This document shows, piece by piece, positions 38,809 through 47,602 of a stretch of 51,134 nucleotides of DNA; positions within the stretch are counted from its first letter, which is position 1, and every line of letters begins with the position of its first letter. A model generated the notes under the pieces. That model saw only the letters and a program-made list of their open reading frames with translations. It had not been told where the DNA came from and made no database searches. The position numbers and the translations under genes were made by a program. Source of the stretch: Methanobacteriota archaeon (GTDB taxonomy: Archaea > Thermoplasmatota > Poseidoniia > MGIII > CG-Epi1); the NCBI GenBank assembly GCA_029977605.1, contig JAPOKN010000003.1, positions 1-51,134 on the forward strand. Direction: 5' to 3'.

Positions 38809-41190
38809 ATGTTAAGAAGTACCTCAGTAAAGCAGGAGTCTTGGAAACCGGTTAAGCTATTGGCTAAACAGCCAGTTAAAGATAAAATTTTATCTTTAGA
38901 ATGTGATTTAGAAGGCAAAATAGCCGTTGCGTTAACCTCGACTTCAATGAATATATTCAATGAAAGAGAGTTACTCAATGTCGTGGATATTGATGGAGGT
39001 TATGAGTTAAAAATTTCTAGTGATTTGGAGAATATTTTTGTTTTGAGCTCAAAAAAGTTATTTTGTTTTGATTATTGGGGCAATTTAAAATGGGAGTATG
39101 TTTCAGACGGCCTTATCGATGATTTTGAGCTAGATCCTTTAGGTAAAAATATAGTGATGAGAGGAGAAAAATTTGTAGTATTTTTAAATAGGTTTGGCGA
39201 ACTAGAATGGGATTATAATTTTTCTGAATATATTATTGATATGTACTATACAACGAGCGGAGCTTTTCTTATTTCAACTACGAATCAAATATATTCATTA
39301 ATATCGGACAATAAGTTTGATAAAATTTTAGAATTACCGGGACAGGTAAATACTTTTTTTTCAGATGACGGAGGAATTTCAATTAATGATAAAAATCTTA
39401 TATCATTTTCATTAACAGGGCACCATATATGGCAAAAAGATTTAGTTGATGTACGTCATGTTCGATATTCTAATAAATCATTTATGAACTATTATATTGA
39501 GGGTGATAAAAAATTAGTTTGTCAAGATAGGAACGGTGATGAATTATGGATATATTCTTCTGAAGATGAGTTGCAAAACTTCAATATAGTTAATTCGGGA
39601 ATGATGACTGGATTGTATTCTAATAATTATTTTCATGTTTTAGATGAAAATGGAGAACAAGCGTGGTCATACTATGCTAGAGAAAAAGTAGTTGATTTTT
39701 CTTTTTCAAGTTTTGGAGGGGATGTAGTTATAGCATCAGAAAATAAAATTCATTGGTTTCAAAATGAAGGTTTTTTAAGAAATCAAGTTAATCTTAACCT
39801 AGAAAGTATAGAGTCTTTAATTTCTAAAGTATCTTTTTATGAGTCAAATATTGGAGATATAGAAGATAATTTTACTTTAGTAACTGAACAATCAGGAGGC
39901 AATTTTGTCTCGCTTAAGAATTCTTTCAAAACGATAGCGAAATTAAGGACTAAGTTAGAACATCTCCATAGGCGTCATGTCAATTATTTAGATTCGTTGC
40001 CTGAATTTATGGATTTATTGTCTCTTCAAGGTGCCCAAACTGATGAAATGGTTCCTCTCATATATCCTTATTTTTCTTTGTACGGTGATATTAAGGACAA
40101 TTCTAATTATGACAACTTATCTGAATTTGCTAATCATTTGTTGTCTAAATTAGAAAGGTATGATCTAACAAAAATTAAGAATAATAGCATTTTTGATCAA
40201 AAAAATTTTATCAGAGATGCCAAGAAAGGAATTACAGATGAAATTCTAAATATTAATAAATTAATTGATCAATCGGTTAATGACCTAAAAAAATTAGAAG
40301 TTGATGTTAATCGCTTGATAATTGGTTGGCTAGAGTCGGGAAATGTGGATGATAAACTTCAAGATTTTTTCCATACTTATTCTAATAATATAGCCGCTCG
40401 TTCTCTAAAGAGTGAAGTAATTTTAGAAAAAATGGAAAGTCACATGGCTTTTGTTGATTATAATACCTCTAATGATTCAATAAAATTACAACGAGCTCGT
40501 TTTAGAAGCAGAAAAGATGTTGAGCTAAAATTAGATCTGTTGAATAATTCAGAAAATAAGTTAGAAAATATGAATATCAGAGCTAAGATCGAAGGTAAAG
40601 GTTTAGATTTACTCTCACCCCCTTCAGGCGTTATTAGAATTAATCATCTTAAATCTGGAGAGTCTTCTCCAATTACGTTCTCATTTTCACCTAAAAGTCG
40701 GGCAAATACTAGAGTGATTTTAGTCATACAGTACTTTGATACTGTTGGAAGGAAATGTACGGATTGGCTTGGAGATATTGGAACAAATTTTTTGGGTTGT
40801 TACGTAAAACCTTTACAGTTATCTGAATCAGAGCATGAATCTGAAAGATTAAACTTTAAGGATTATACATCACATACTTCTTTTAATGTGGAAGGTTTAC
40901 AGCTTAGTAAAATTACAAAGATTGCAAAGGGAATGCCAGGCCTCCACCTTTGTAATTTAAAAGAAGAAGATACACGTTCAATAATTTACCATTCTGGAGA
41001 ATCTAGTTTAGATGGGTCTAAATATTTGTCTATGATTTTCTTACGCAAGTTAGGAGAGGATGAATCATTGAGAGTTGCCATGGAATTAATTTGTCATTCG
41101 AATGATATTGACAATTCCTCTGAATTAAAAGAGGAGATGTCCTTGTATCTTAAAAATAAGTTATTGGAATTAAATGCTAAGTTTGTTTAA
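38809..41190 (+). CDS. Large hypothetical protein: PQQ/BamB-like beta-propeller repeats, a long helical region and a beta-sandwich-like C-terminal region, with no signal peptide
   Basis: 793 aa. At least five repeats of the form hhxhDxxG-xxxW-xY (LFCFDYWGNLKWEY, VVFLNRFGELEWDY, LISFSLTGHHIWQK, LVCQDRNGDELWIY, FHVLDENGEQAWSY). The middle ~250 aa are helix-prone. The C-terminus is CARDB-like (...IRAKIEGKGLDLLSPPSGVIRINHLKSGESSPITFSFSP...). The gene is visibly more AT-rich than its neighbours. Confidence 0.65.
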   Translation: MLRSTSVKQESWKPVKLLAKQPVKDKILSLECDLEGKIAVALTSTSMNIFNERELLNVVDIDGGYELKISSDLENIFVLSSKKLFCFDYWGNLKWEYVSDGLIDDFELDPLGKNIVMRGEKFVVFLNRFGELEWDYNFSEYIIDMYYTTSGAFLISTTNQIYSLISDNKFDKILELPGQVNTFFSDDGGISINDKNLISFSLTGHHIWQKDLVDVRHVRYSNKSFMNYYIEGDKKLVCQDRNGDELWIYSSEDELQNFNIVNSGMMTGLYSNNYFHVLDENGEQAWSYYAREKVVDFSFSSFGGDVVIASENKIHWFQNEGFLRNQVNLNLESIESLISKVSFYESNIGDIEDNFTLVTEQSGGNFVSLKNSFKTIAKLRTKLEHLHRRHVNYLDSLPEFMDLLSLQGAQTDEMVPLIYPYFSLYGDIKDNSNYDNLSEFANHLLSKLERYDLTKIKNNSIFDQKNFIRDAKKGITDEILNINKLIDQSVNDLKKLEVDVNRLIIGWLESGNVDDKLQDFFHTYSNNIAARSLKSEVILEKMESHMAFVDYNTSNDSIKLQRARFRSRKDVELKLDLLNNSENKLENMNIRAKIEGKGLDLLSPPSGVIRINHLKSGESSPITFSFSPKSRANTRVILVIQYFDTVGRKCTDWLGDIGTNFLGCYVKPLQLSESEHESERLNFKDYTSHTSFNVEGLQLSKITKIAKGMPGLHLCNLKEEDTRSIIYHSGESSLDGSKYLSMIFLRKLGEDESLRVAMELICHSNDIDNSSELKEEMSLYLKNKLLELNAKFV

Positions 41191-41501
41191 TACTCTCTCC
41201 ATTTATGTTTACATTTAGAGTTAGTGCATTGATAAATTCGTGTTGATGGTTCATCTGCAGCCCGGGTTTGTCTTATTACCCAAGTAGCTTCATTGTGCCC
41301 ACATTTTTCACAAATTATTTTTGCAGTAGGCAGTGTACCTTCTAAACCTTCAGTTACTACAATTTCCTTTTTTTCCATCTTCCTACTAGTGATTTTAGTT
41401 TCACCCTTACTTTCGGAGTAACCACAATTAGGTCTTTTACACTCTCTTTGACCGGTTCCTCGGTTCAAAACGAGCATGGCTTTACATTTTGGACAGAACA
41501 T
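41187..41501 (-). CDS. tfs: Transcription factor S (TFS; TFIIS/RpoM-like)
   Basis: 104 aa. N-terminal ribbon CPKC...CKRPNC. C-terminal TFIIS-type ribbon CEKCGH...QTRAADEPSTRIYQCTNSKC with the acidic hairpin. Confidence 0.9.
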   Translation of the reverse strand: MFCPKCKAMLVLNRGTGQRECKRPNCGYSESKGETKITSRKMEKKEIVVTEGLEGTLPTAKIICEKCGHNEATWVIRQTRAADEPSTRIYQCTNSKCKHKWREY

Positions 41502-41502
41502 T

Positions 41503-42156
41503 TTAGAGTCTCACGTTTTCGATTAGGTCAGTAGCCTGTAAGATATCCTTTTGGGCTAATCCAATAGCTATACTAATAATTGCGTTACAGTCAAATTCTT
41601 CCATTGGGCCATTACAAAGGCTCCATGAATAGACCTTAACAAATAGTTCTCCATCATAATCGGAGCTGAAAAAAATGGAATCATCCGTTGTTTTAGCAGT
41701 CCACTGATATATGGAAGTGCCAAAAGGAAGCACAGGATTTACTTCGGTAAGAATGTTTCCATTAGACTGAAGTTCTAGGCCTTCGTTTGCAATTTGCTGT
41801 TTGACTTTGTTAACGACAATATTTTGATAATTTAAATTTTCTAAATTAATTAAGGAACTTAATGATAAGATAATTAGTTTTCCAGATTCTCCGTCTAAAC
41901 TTTCATAACTTTCTTTTGATATTTTTAAATGTCCATTAAATTCTTTAGTATTTTCATTTTCAAAAGGTCCATTCCACACCCCTGCAGTTAAATAAAGCGA
42001 ACCGTCCTCAACATTTACGCTGTGGTAACTAACTAGAGCAGGCCCTCCAACTATCAACCCTACAGTTATGATTAGTAAAAAGCTAAATATTCTTCTAATT
42101 TTCCCTCTTTTTTTTTGTTGAACCCAGCCACCGATACGCAATTCAGGTTCTTCCAT
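41503..42156 (-). CDS. Hypothetical N-terminally anchored membrane protein
   Basis: 217 aa. A basic stretch, one TM (IFSFLLIITVGLIVGGPALV), then an extracytoplasmic domain with no recognised motif. It ends 1 nt before the tfs start. Confidence 0.5.
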   Translation of the reverse strand: MEEPELRIGGWVQQKKRGKIRRIFSFLLIITVGLIVGGPALVSYHSVNVEDGSLYLTAGVWNGPFENENTKEFNGHLKISKESYESLDGESGKLIILSLSSLINLENLNYQNIVVNKVKQQIANEGLELQSNGNILTEVNPVLPFGTSIYQWTAKTTDDSIFFSSDYDGELFVKVYSWSLCNGPMEEFDCNAIISIAIGLAQKDILQATDLIENVRL

Positions 42157-42238
42157 AATTATTGATGTTAATCAGTAGTAATAATATTTGTTCTGGATGC
42201 CCAAATTAATTAATTGGCCCCTTTTAGCTAGATTAATT

Positions 42239-42505
42239 ATGGGTGAAGTTGCTCTAAAATACAGATTAATGCCAGAATCTCCAGATTCAGATATAGAAGC
42301 TATTGTTTCAGAAATACCAGGAGTTCTTCCTGAAGATGCAAAATTTGGTGCACATGAAGTTAAACCATTTGCCTTTGGACTTAAAGCAATTATGATCGCA
42401 ATTATAGGAATAGATAGAGACGGCTTTGCTACAGAAGTTGAAGATGGCTTAAACTCATTAAAAGATGTACAAACTGTAATTTTAGAAGAACAATCTCTGA
42501 TTTAA
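42239..42505 (+). CDS. Translation elongation factor 1-beta (aEF-1beta)
   Basis: I prefer ATG 42239 (MGEVALKYRLMPESPDSDIE...VKPFAFGLKAIMIAII...), giving 88 aa, which is the typical aEF-1beta size and pattern. Confidence 0.8.
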   Translation: MGEVALKYRLMPESPDSDIEAIVSEIPGVLPEDAKFGAHEVKPFAFGLKAIMIAIIGIDRDGFATEVEDGLNSLKDVQTVILEEQSLI

Positions 42506-42548
42506 AAAAAACACAGTACTATATTATCTACCTTCTATTGACAATTTA

Positions 42549-43238
42549 ATGTCTAAGCGTACTCCATTATCTTACACAACAACGAGATTAACGTTGGGTA
42601 CGTTTTTGAGAATAATGTTTCGCCCTAGGTATCTCGATAGAGATAAAATACCTGTAGATGGCCCTCTAATAATTGCAGCTAATCATCTTTCTCACATAGA
42701 TCCTGCATTCATAATGACAGCAGTCAAAAGGCCAGTTTCATATTTATCAAAAAAGGAGCATTTTGACGGCCGAATTAGACGTTTGGTTTTTGAAAGAGTA
42801 GGGGTAATTCCTGTTGATAGAGAAGCCGGGGGAGTTGAAGGCTTAGAGAATGCAATAAAGATATTAGAAGAGGATGGGGCGATTGGTATTTTTCCTGAGG
42901 GTACAAGATCAAAAGATGGTAAAATGGCACAAGGAAAAACAGGAGTAGCTAGACTGGCAGCTCACACAGGAGCTGCAGTAGTTCCCGTAGCAATTAGGCA
43001 AACTGATGGAGTGTGGCCTGTGTCTAAAAGAGTACCAAGGCCTTGGAGAAAATTTTATTATAAATTTGGAGAACCAATGTATTTCCCAAATTCCGAATCT
43101 AATAAAGAAAATTTACGAAAATTTACTGACGAAGTTATGAAAGAGATCAAGTTGCTGTCTGAAGAGTGTGAGGATTATTGGGAATCTAGAAAAATATTGC
43201 CTAGAATGAAAAATTACATCAAAGACAAATTACGTTAG
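42549..43238 (+). CDS. PlsC-like 1-acyl-sn-glycerol-3-phosphate acyltransferase family protein (second copy)
   Basis: 229 aa. HX4D motif ANHLSHIDPA, VIPVDRE, GIFPEGTRS, AAVVPVAI. Confidence 0.8.
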   Translation: MSKRTPLSYTTTRLTLGTFLRIMFRPRYLDRDKIPVDGPLIIAANHLSHIDPAFIMTAVKRPVSYLSKKEHFDGRIRRLVFERVGVIPVDREAGGVEGLENAIKILEEDGAIGIFPEGTRSKDGKMAQGKTGVARLAAHTGAAVVPVAIRQTDGVWPVSKRVPRPWRKFYYKFGEPMYFPNSESNKENLRKFTDEVMKEIKLLSEECEDYWESRKILPRMKNYIKDKLR

Positions 43239-43706
43239 TTCTTTCAATTTGGAATATATATGTTTAATCCGTTTCTCATTTACCATTAAGTCATGAAGGC
43301 CTAATCTTGATTGACTTTGAAGCCAAATATTTGTTTTTCCATCTTCTGTGAACAACTTTACAAATATATCATCGTAAAATCTGAATAAAGGTGTAATTTG
43401 GACAAAGTGCATAAATCCTTTTTTTTCACTTACTAATTTTGTTCGCGGCATATTACCAATTATATTCTTAGCATTTTCTTGAACTTCCTCTACAGATGAC
43501 GATGTAATTAGTGGTTTCATTCCCTCTCCTCTATTAGGATTTTCAGCTATTCTTGTACAATTATTTCTACCGAATCTTTTCTTTGGGAAAACATCTCTCG
43601 GAATCGTTGGTGACAAGTAATAAATTACATTGACCATGACTAAATATCCAACTATTGTTATTGCTAATAAACTTAGAATAATTAAGTTAATATTCATTTC
43701 TATCAA
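43230..43706 (-). CDS. DUF1499-like protein with an N-terminal TM helix
   Basis: 158 aa. The C-terminal ...DDIFVKLF...IWLQSQSRLGLHDLMVNEKRIKHIY resembles the DUF1499 signature (S-x-SR-x-G-x-x-D-h-G-V-N). It overlaps the 3' end of the AcnX gene by 20 nt. Confidence 0.55.
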   Translation of the reverse strand: MIEMNINLIILSLLAITIVGYLVMVNVIYYLSPTIPRDVFPKKRFGRNNCTRIAENPNRGEGMKPLITSSSVEEVQENAKNIIGNMPRTKLVSEKKGFMHFVQITPLFRFYDDIFVKLFTEDGKTNIWLQSQSRLGLHDLMVNEKRIKHIYSKLKELT

Positions 43707-45402
43707 TAATCCTTAACGAAACCTTATCATCTTTCAAAGCTAGATTAATCTTATCTCCTGAATTAATTTCTATACATGGATTATCTTCAAAAGAATGTGC
43801 ATATGGTACTGCCAATAAACTACATGCAGGTATAGTTTGTTGATCTAAATCAGTGTTAATTATTGCTTTTGGTCCATTTCCATTATAGAATAATCCTAGT
43901 AAAACGTAAGGTGCTACAGTAGACCCACTCCCTTTTGGAAAAATTAGTATTTTATTTGCCATAGATATACCATCTAGCGGGTGTCCTTCCTCTTCAATAG
44001 TTCCAGTTTCCCTATTTACAAATCCCAAGAAAGTGATTGGTACATCTGTAACAAGAGCTTCCCCAGTTATTTTCCATTCAGTTTGTGACTCTAGCCCTTT
44101 ACCTGAAATTTCAAGTGGTCCAGTTTTCAAAGTCTTATTTGTGATTAAGGTTTTATTTTTTGTTTTTATCGATTTTATAGTTTTGGCAGTGACTATATCT
44201 TTATTTTCAGCAAATTTTATACATTCAGAAAGTCTAGATACTGAAGTACTTATTGAATTTAAGCCGGATTTCAAGTAATGTTCAGCTTTCATTGAATTAG
44301 TAAGTATATGTTTAACTTTATCGTTATTGTAGTGAACTACTTCAGGACAGGTTTCTCTCAGTACCATACCTCCAGCAGTTTCAATAGTGTCGACATATCC
44401 TTCTTTTTTTGCTTTATCAAAGTTTATTGCAGAAGTAAAAACCCAAAGTCGTTTTTCGGGAATTTTCTTACCAGTTACTAATTCAGCAGTTCTTTCAATT
44501 TCTTCAATTGAAGCTTGTGGACATCCAATAGTCACTAAATCTACTTTGGTTTTAGGAGCTAATTCACTATACCTTTTTTGTAAATCTTCATAGTTAAAAT
44601 CTATTTCAGCTTGATATTTGGTTTTGTCTGGATTCTTAGTAAAAGAGTCCACAAATAATAATGCACTTCCATAGTTCGCAGAGGCAGCTGTAAGAGCTTT
44701 TTTTGATTCAAAATCGAATTTTTTAATTCCATATATGTGGGGAATTGGCCCGAATTCAAGTTTCCATTTAGGGTCTATCTGTTTCCCAATCCAATCACCT
44801 AGTATTGAATAATCGACAGGCTCACTTAATTCACATAAGACATTAATTTTTATGTTAGGAATTCTGTTTTCATCAAGCAATAATCCATATTCAGGAGTAT
44901 ATCCAGATAATGAAGTTGCAAGGGCTGAAAGACCGGATTCCCTGTTTGTTCTAAGTTCACTGTATGAATTAGCAAAGCATACTGCATTTGATTCAGCCCA
45001 AGAAGCATTCCCCTTCTCTAGTATGTTATCATAAGGTGTACAAGATAATGACAATTCAATTCCTAATTTCTCATAAGCATCTAAAATCATTTGCTGTTTT
45101 TCAACGTAATCTTTTACAGGTATATCCATTTCTTCAAATCGATTCCTGTCGCAACCTGCAGAATTCAAGCTAGTTTCTACAACTGCAGTTCCATCACTAT
45201 CACTTACTAAATCCTCTAAAAATTTAATCAGCCCGTCACCTCCTGTTAAAGGAGAAACTCCAGAAACATGAGCTGAAGTTACGGGAACTAATCTGTTTGC
45301 TTTAGCAGCTTTACCTAGATCGATTAGTAAACGGATAGCCTTTTGTCTTGTTTTACCTTGCTTACCTTCCAGAATGTTTTCTTGTTCAGTTGTTAATATC
45401 AT
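43687..45402 (-). CDS. Aconitase X family dehydratase, fused large (DUF521-like) and small/swivel (DUF126-like) domains; candidate phosphomevalonate dehydratase
   Basis: 571 aa. N-terminus MILTTEQENILEGKQGKTRQKAIRLLIDLGK...VPVTSAHVSG. C-terminal ~130 aa ITGEALVTDVPITFLGFVNRETGTIEE...KILIFPKGSGSTVAPYVLLGL. Operon context with mvk and a UbiD-like gene. Confidence 0.7.
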   Translation of the reverse strand: MILTTEQENILEGKQGKTRQKAIRLLIDLGKAAKANRLVPVTSAHVSGVSPLTGGDGLIKFLEDLVSDSDGTAVVETSLNSAGCDRNRFEEMDIPVKDYVEKQQMILDAYEKLGIELSLSCTPYDNILEKGNASWAESNAVCFANSYSELRTNRESGLSALATSLSGYTPEYGLLLDENRIPNIKINVLCELSEPVDYSILGDWIGKQIDPKWKLEFGPIPHIYGIKKFDFESKKALTAASANYGSALLFVDSFTKNPDKTKYQAEIDFNYEDLQKRYSELAPKTKVDLVTIGCPQASIEEIERTAELVTGKKIPEKRLWVFTSAINFDKAKKEGYVDTIETAGGMVLRETCPEVVHYNNDKVKHILTNSMKAEHYLKSGLNSISTSVSRLSECIKFAENKDIVTAKTIKSIKTKNKTLITNKTLKTGPLEISGKGLESQTEWKITGEALVTDVPITFLGFVNRETGTIEEEGHPLDGISMANKILIFPKGSGSTVAPYVLLGLFYNGNGPKAIINTDLDQQTIPACSLLAVPYAHSFEDNPCIEINSGDKINLALKDDKVSLRIIDRNEY

Positions 45403-46679
45403 TAATCTAAGTAATCTTCTAATTTTACTTTCATAGCTGGTTTTGGTTTGATAAAATCTTCTTTATCTCTATTAAGAGGTATTGTACAATCAAATCCGAC
45501 TTTTACAGTTTCACGTGTTTCAGGATTAGAACTGGGATCTAAAGAGGAGCCTTTCACTCTAGTCTTTACAACGATCCCCTTATCGCCTTGAAATCTTGTA
45601 GCCATTGCCCATTCAACAGCTTGCGGATTTGTAATATCAATATCAGAGTCCACAATCCAAACATGTTTCATTGATGCATGTCCTGCAAATGCAGCGTCAA
45701 TAGCCTTCAATCCATCATCATCATTTTTCTTATTAATGGCAACAACACCATGTAACCATGACCCTCCGCCGTGTGTCATAAAAACGTCGTGACAGTCGAC
45801 TACTTCGTTTACTTTGTTGTATATGGTTGGTTCTCTAGGCATGCCCATGAGTACTTTGTGTTCGGGTCCACTTGGCAATAAAGCATGAAAGATTGAATCG
45901 TCTCTGACGAAGATTTTCTTAATCTCAATTACAGGTCCTTTTCTAATAATGTCAGGAGTTTCTGTTAAATCAAGGAAAGAGCCTTCATCGTGTAGCTCTC
46001 CTGTAAATTCACATATCATGACTACCTCAGATTGAGGTACCATATGTCCTCCTACTTCAATCACAGGAGAATCTGCGAGTGCATTTGCTACAGCCATTTC
46101 ATCGTTCTCAATTTCAAAAGAGGTTGCAGATCCAAGTAAAACAGGTACAGAAACACCATTACAGTAAGCGAATTCTTTCAATCCTCTATCCATATATTCC
46201 TTAAGATGCCTGTCTAAAATTCTCATTACCATATGGTTACTATCAATTTTCATAGCTCTGTGGAAAGAAATATTTCTTCCGTGTTCATCATCATGAGCAA
46301 CAGCCATTGCAGAAGCGATGTAAGGTCCACCATCAGTTGTTTGGTGAGTGAGTATTGGTAAATTGTCAAGAGAGGCTTCGATTTCTTTGTAACTATCTGT
46401 GTTGACTGTTTTAGGCTCACTTAGGTTGTTAATAGCATTAGAAATTTTTGAGATAATCTCATTTGGACCACATTCAAGGGCCAGTGCAACTAGCTCCCTG
46501 CTAGAACATATATTGGTAATACAAGGTAGAACACTCCCCTTCACATTTTCTAAGTACAATGGAGTGTCTCCAGCATCTTCCATTAAGGCTGCAACTTCAT
46601 AAACTGGGTCAACTTCTTTCGTAACTCTTTTGAGTTTTCCGTTTTTCTCCAGTAAATCAACAAATTCTTTTAGATTCAT
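45402..46679 (-). CDS. UbiD-family (prenyl-FMN dependent) decarboxylase; candidate anhydromevalonate phosphate decarboxylase
   Basis: 425 aa. UbiD-like N-terminus (LKEFVDLLEKNGKLKRVTKEVDPVYEVAAL...PLYLENVKG). Its start shares a base with the mvk stop, and its stop shares a base with the AcnX start. Confidence 0.75.
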   Translation of the reverse strand: MNLKEFVDLLEKNGKLKRVTKEVDPVYEVAALMEDAGDTPLYLENVKGSVLPCITNICSSRELVALALECGPNEIISKISNAINNLSEPKTVNTDSYKEIEASLDNLPILTHQTTDGGPYIASAMAVAHDDEHGRNISFHRAMKIDSNHMVMRILDRHLKEYMDRGLKEFAYCNGVSVPVLLGSATSFEIENDEMAVANALADSPVIEVGGHMVPQSEVVMICEFTGELHDEGSFLDLTETPDIIRKGPVIEIKKIFVRDDSIFHALLPSGPEHKVLMGMPREPTIYNKVNEVVDCHDVFMTHGGGSWLHGVVAINKKNDDDGLKAIDAAFAGHASMKHVWIVDSDIDITNPQAVEWAMATRFQGDKGIVVKTRVKGSSLDPSSNPETRETVKVGFDCTIPLNRDKEDFIKPKPAMKVKLEDYLD

Positions 46680-47602
46680 TAATCCTCACCAAACGTAGTC
46701 TGGTACGCCCTATATCCGGCTTCTGTTATCTTTTCACATATTTCAGCTTGTTCTTCAGCGTTATTTGCTAAAGCAACCATATTTCCGCCGCCTCCCCCAC
46801 CAGTCAACTTTGCACCTAGTGCTCCAGCGTCTAAAGTAATGTCGACTAGTTTTTCTAGTAAGGAATGACCGACTCCAATTTTGTTGAGTAATTCGTGATT
46901 CTTATTCATAAGCTCACCTACAGCTTCATTGTTTCCTTCCTCAATTGCCATTTTTCCACCTTTCGTGACGTTTGCAATTTCATCAAAATATCCATTCATT
47001 AAGTTAGGTTCTTTTTCCCACTGCTGTCTTACATTTCCTACTGTCTCTTTAGTTGAGGCTTCAATTCCGGTATCTCCAATAACTAGGTAAAAAGTGCGTC
47101 CAGAGTCAAAAGTTAGAGGTTCTTCACCTTTGATAAAATATACTGGAGATTCATAAGCTACTACTGTGTTATCAATTCCACTAGGAGTTCCGTGCACAAT
47201 CTTTTCAGCATCGAAAACAAGCTCTGAGATTTGATTTTGTTCAAGATCAACTCCTAAATAATTGGATAATGCTTTGCATACTGCAGTTGAAGTTGCTGCA
47301 CTGCTTCCCATACCTGAACCTTGTGGTAACTTAGAAGTTAGATTTATAGTTAAATTTGGTTCCTTTTGTTTAGTTTTTGCTAGTAATGCTTGGGCTAATA
47401 CACTGAATTGACTAGCTTTATTTTCTAATCCAATTTTTTCATTTAAGTCTAAGGCGTTTATAGTTAGCTTCCCCTCTCCAGGTTCACTCCAAGCGCTGGC
47501 TCTCATACCGCTAACAGGAATTGCTATTGCTGGTTTACCATAAACTACTGCATGTTCACCGAATAGAATAATTTTTCCAGGCGCGGTGAAAGGGTTTTTC
47601 AT
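46679..47602 (-). CDS. mvk: Mevalonate kinase (GHMP kinase family)
   Basis: 307 aa. APGKIILFGEHAVVYGKPAIA, PQGSGMGSSAA, KLTGGGGGG. Confidence 0.85.
   Translation of the reverse strand: MKNPFTAPGKIILFGEHAVVYGKPAIAIPVSGMRASAWSEPGEGKLTINALDLNEKIGLENKASQFSVLAQALLAKTKQKEPNLTINLTSKLPQGSGMGSSAATSTAVCKALSNYLGVDLEQNQISELVFDAEKIVHGTPSGIDNTVVAYESPVYFIKGEEPLTFDSGRTFYLVIGDTGIEASTKETVGNVRQQWEKEPNLMNGYFDEIANVTKGGKMAIEEGNNEAVGELMNKNHELLNKIGVGHSLLEKLVDITLDAGALGAKLTGGGGGGNMVALANNAEEQAEICEKITEAGYRAYQTTFGED

Noticed and set aside
38673-41190. Integrated mobile element at tRNA-Thr
   Set aside because: I found no integrase, transposase or other mobile-element gene. Reading 41190-41300, I found no direct repeat of the tRNA 3' end. 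Only a single AT-rich orphan gene is present, so it is kept as a finding about the gene, not called a mobile element.
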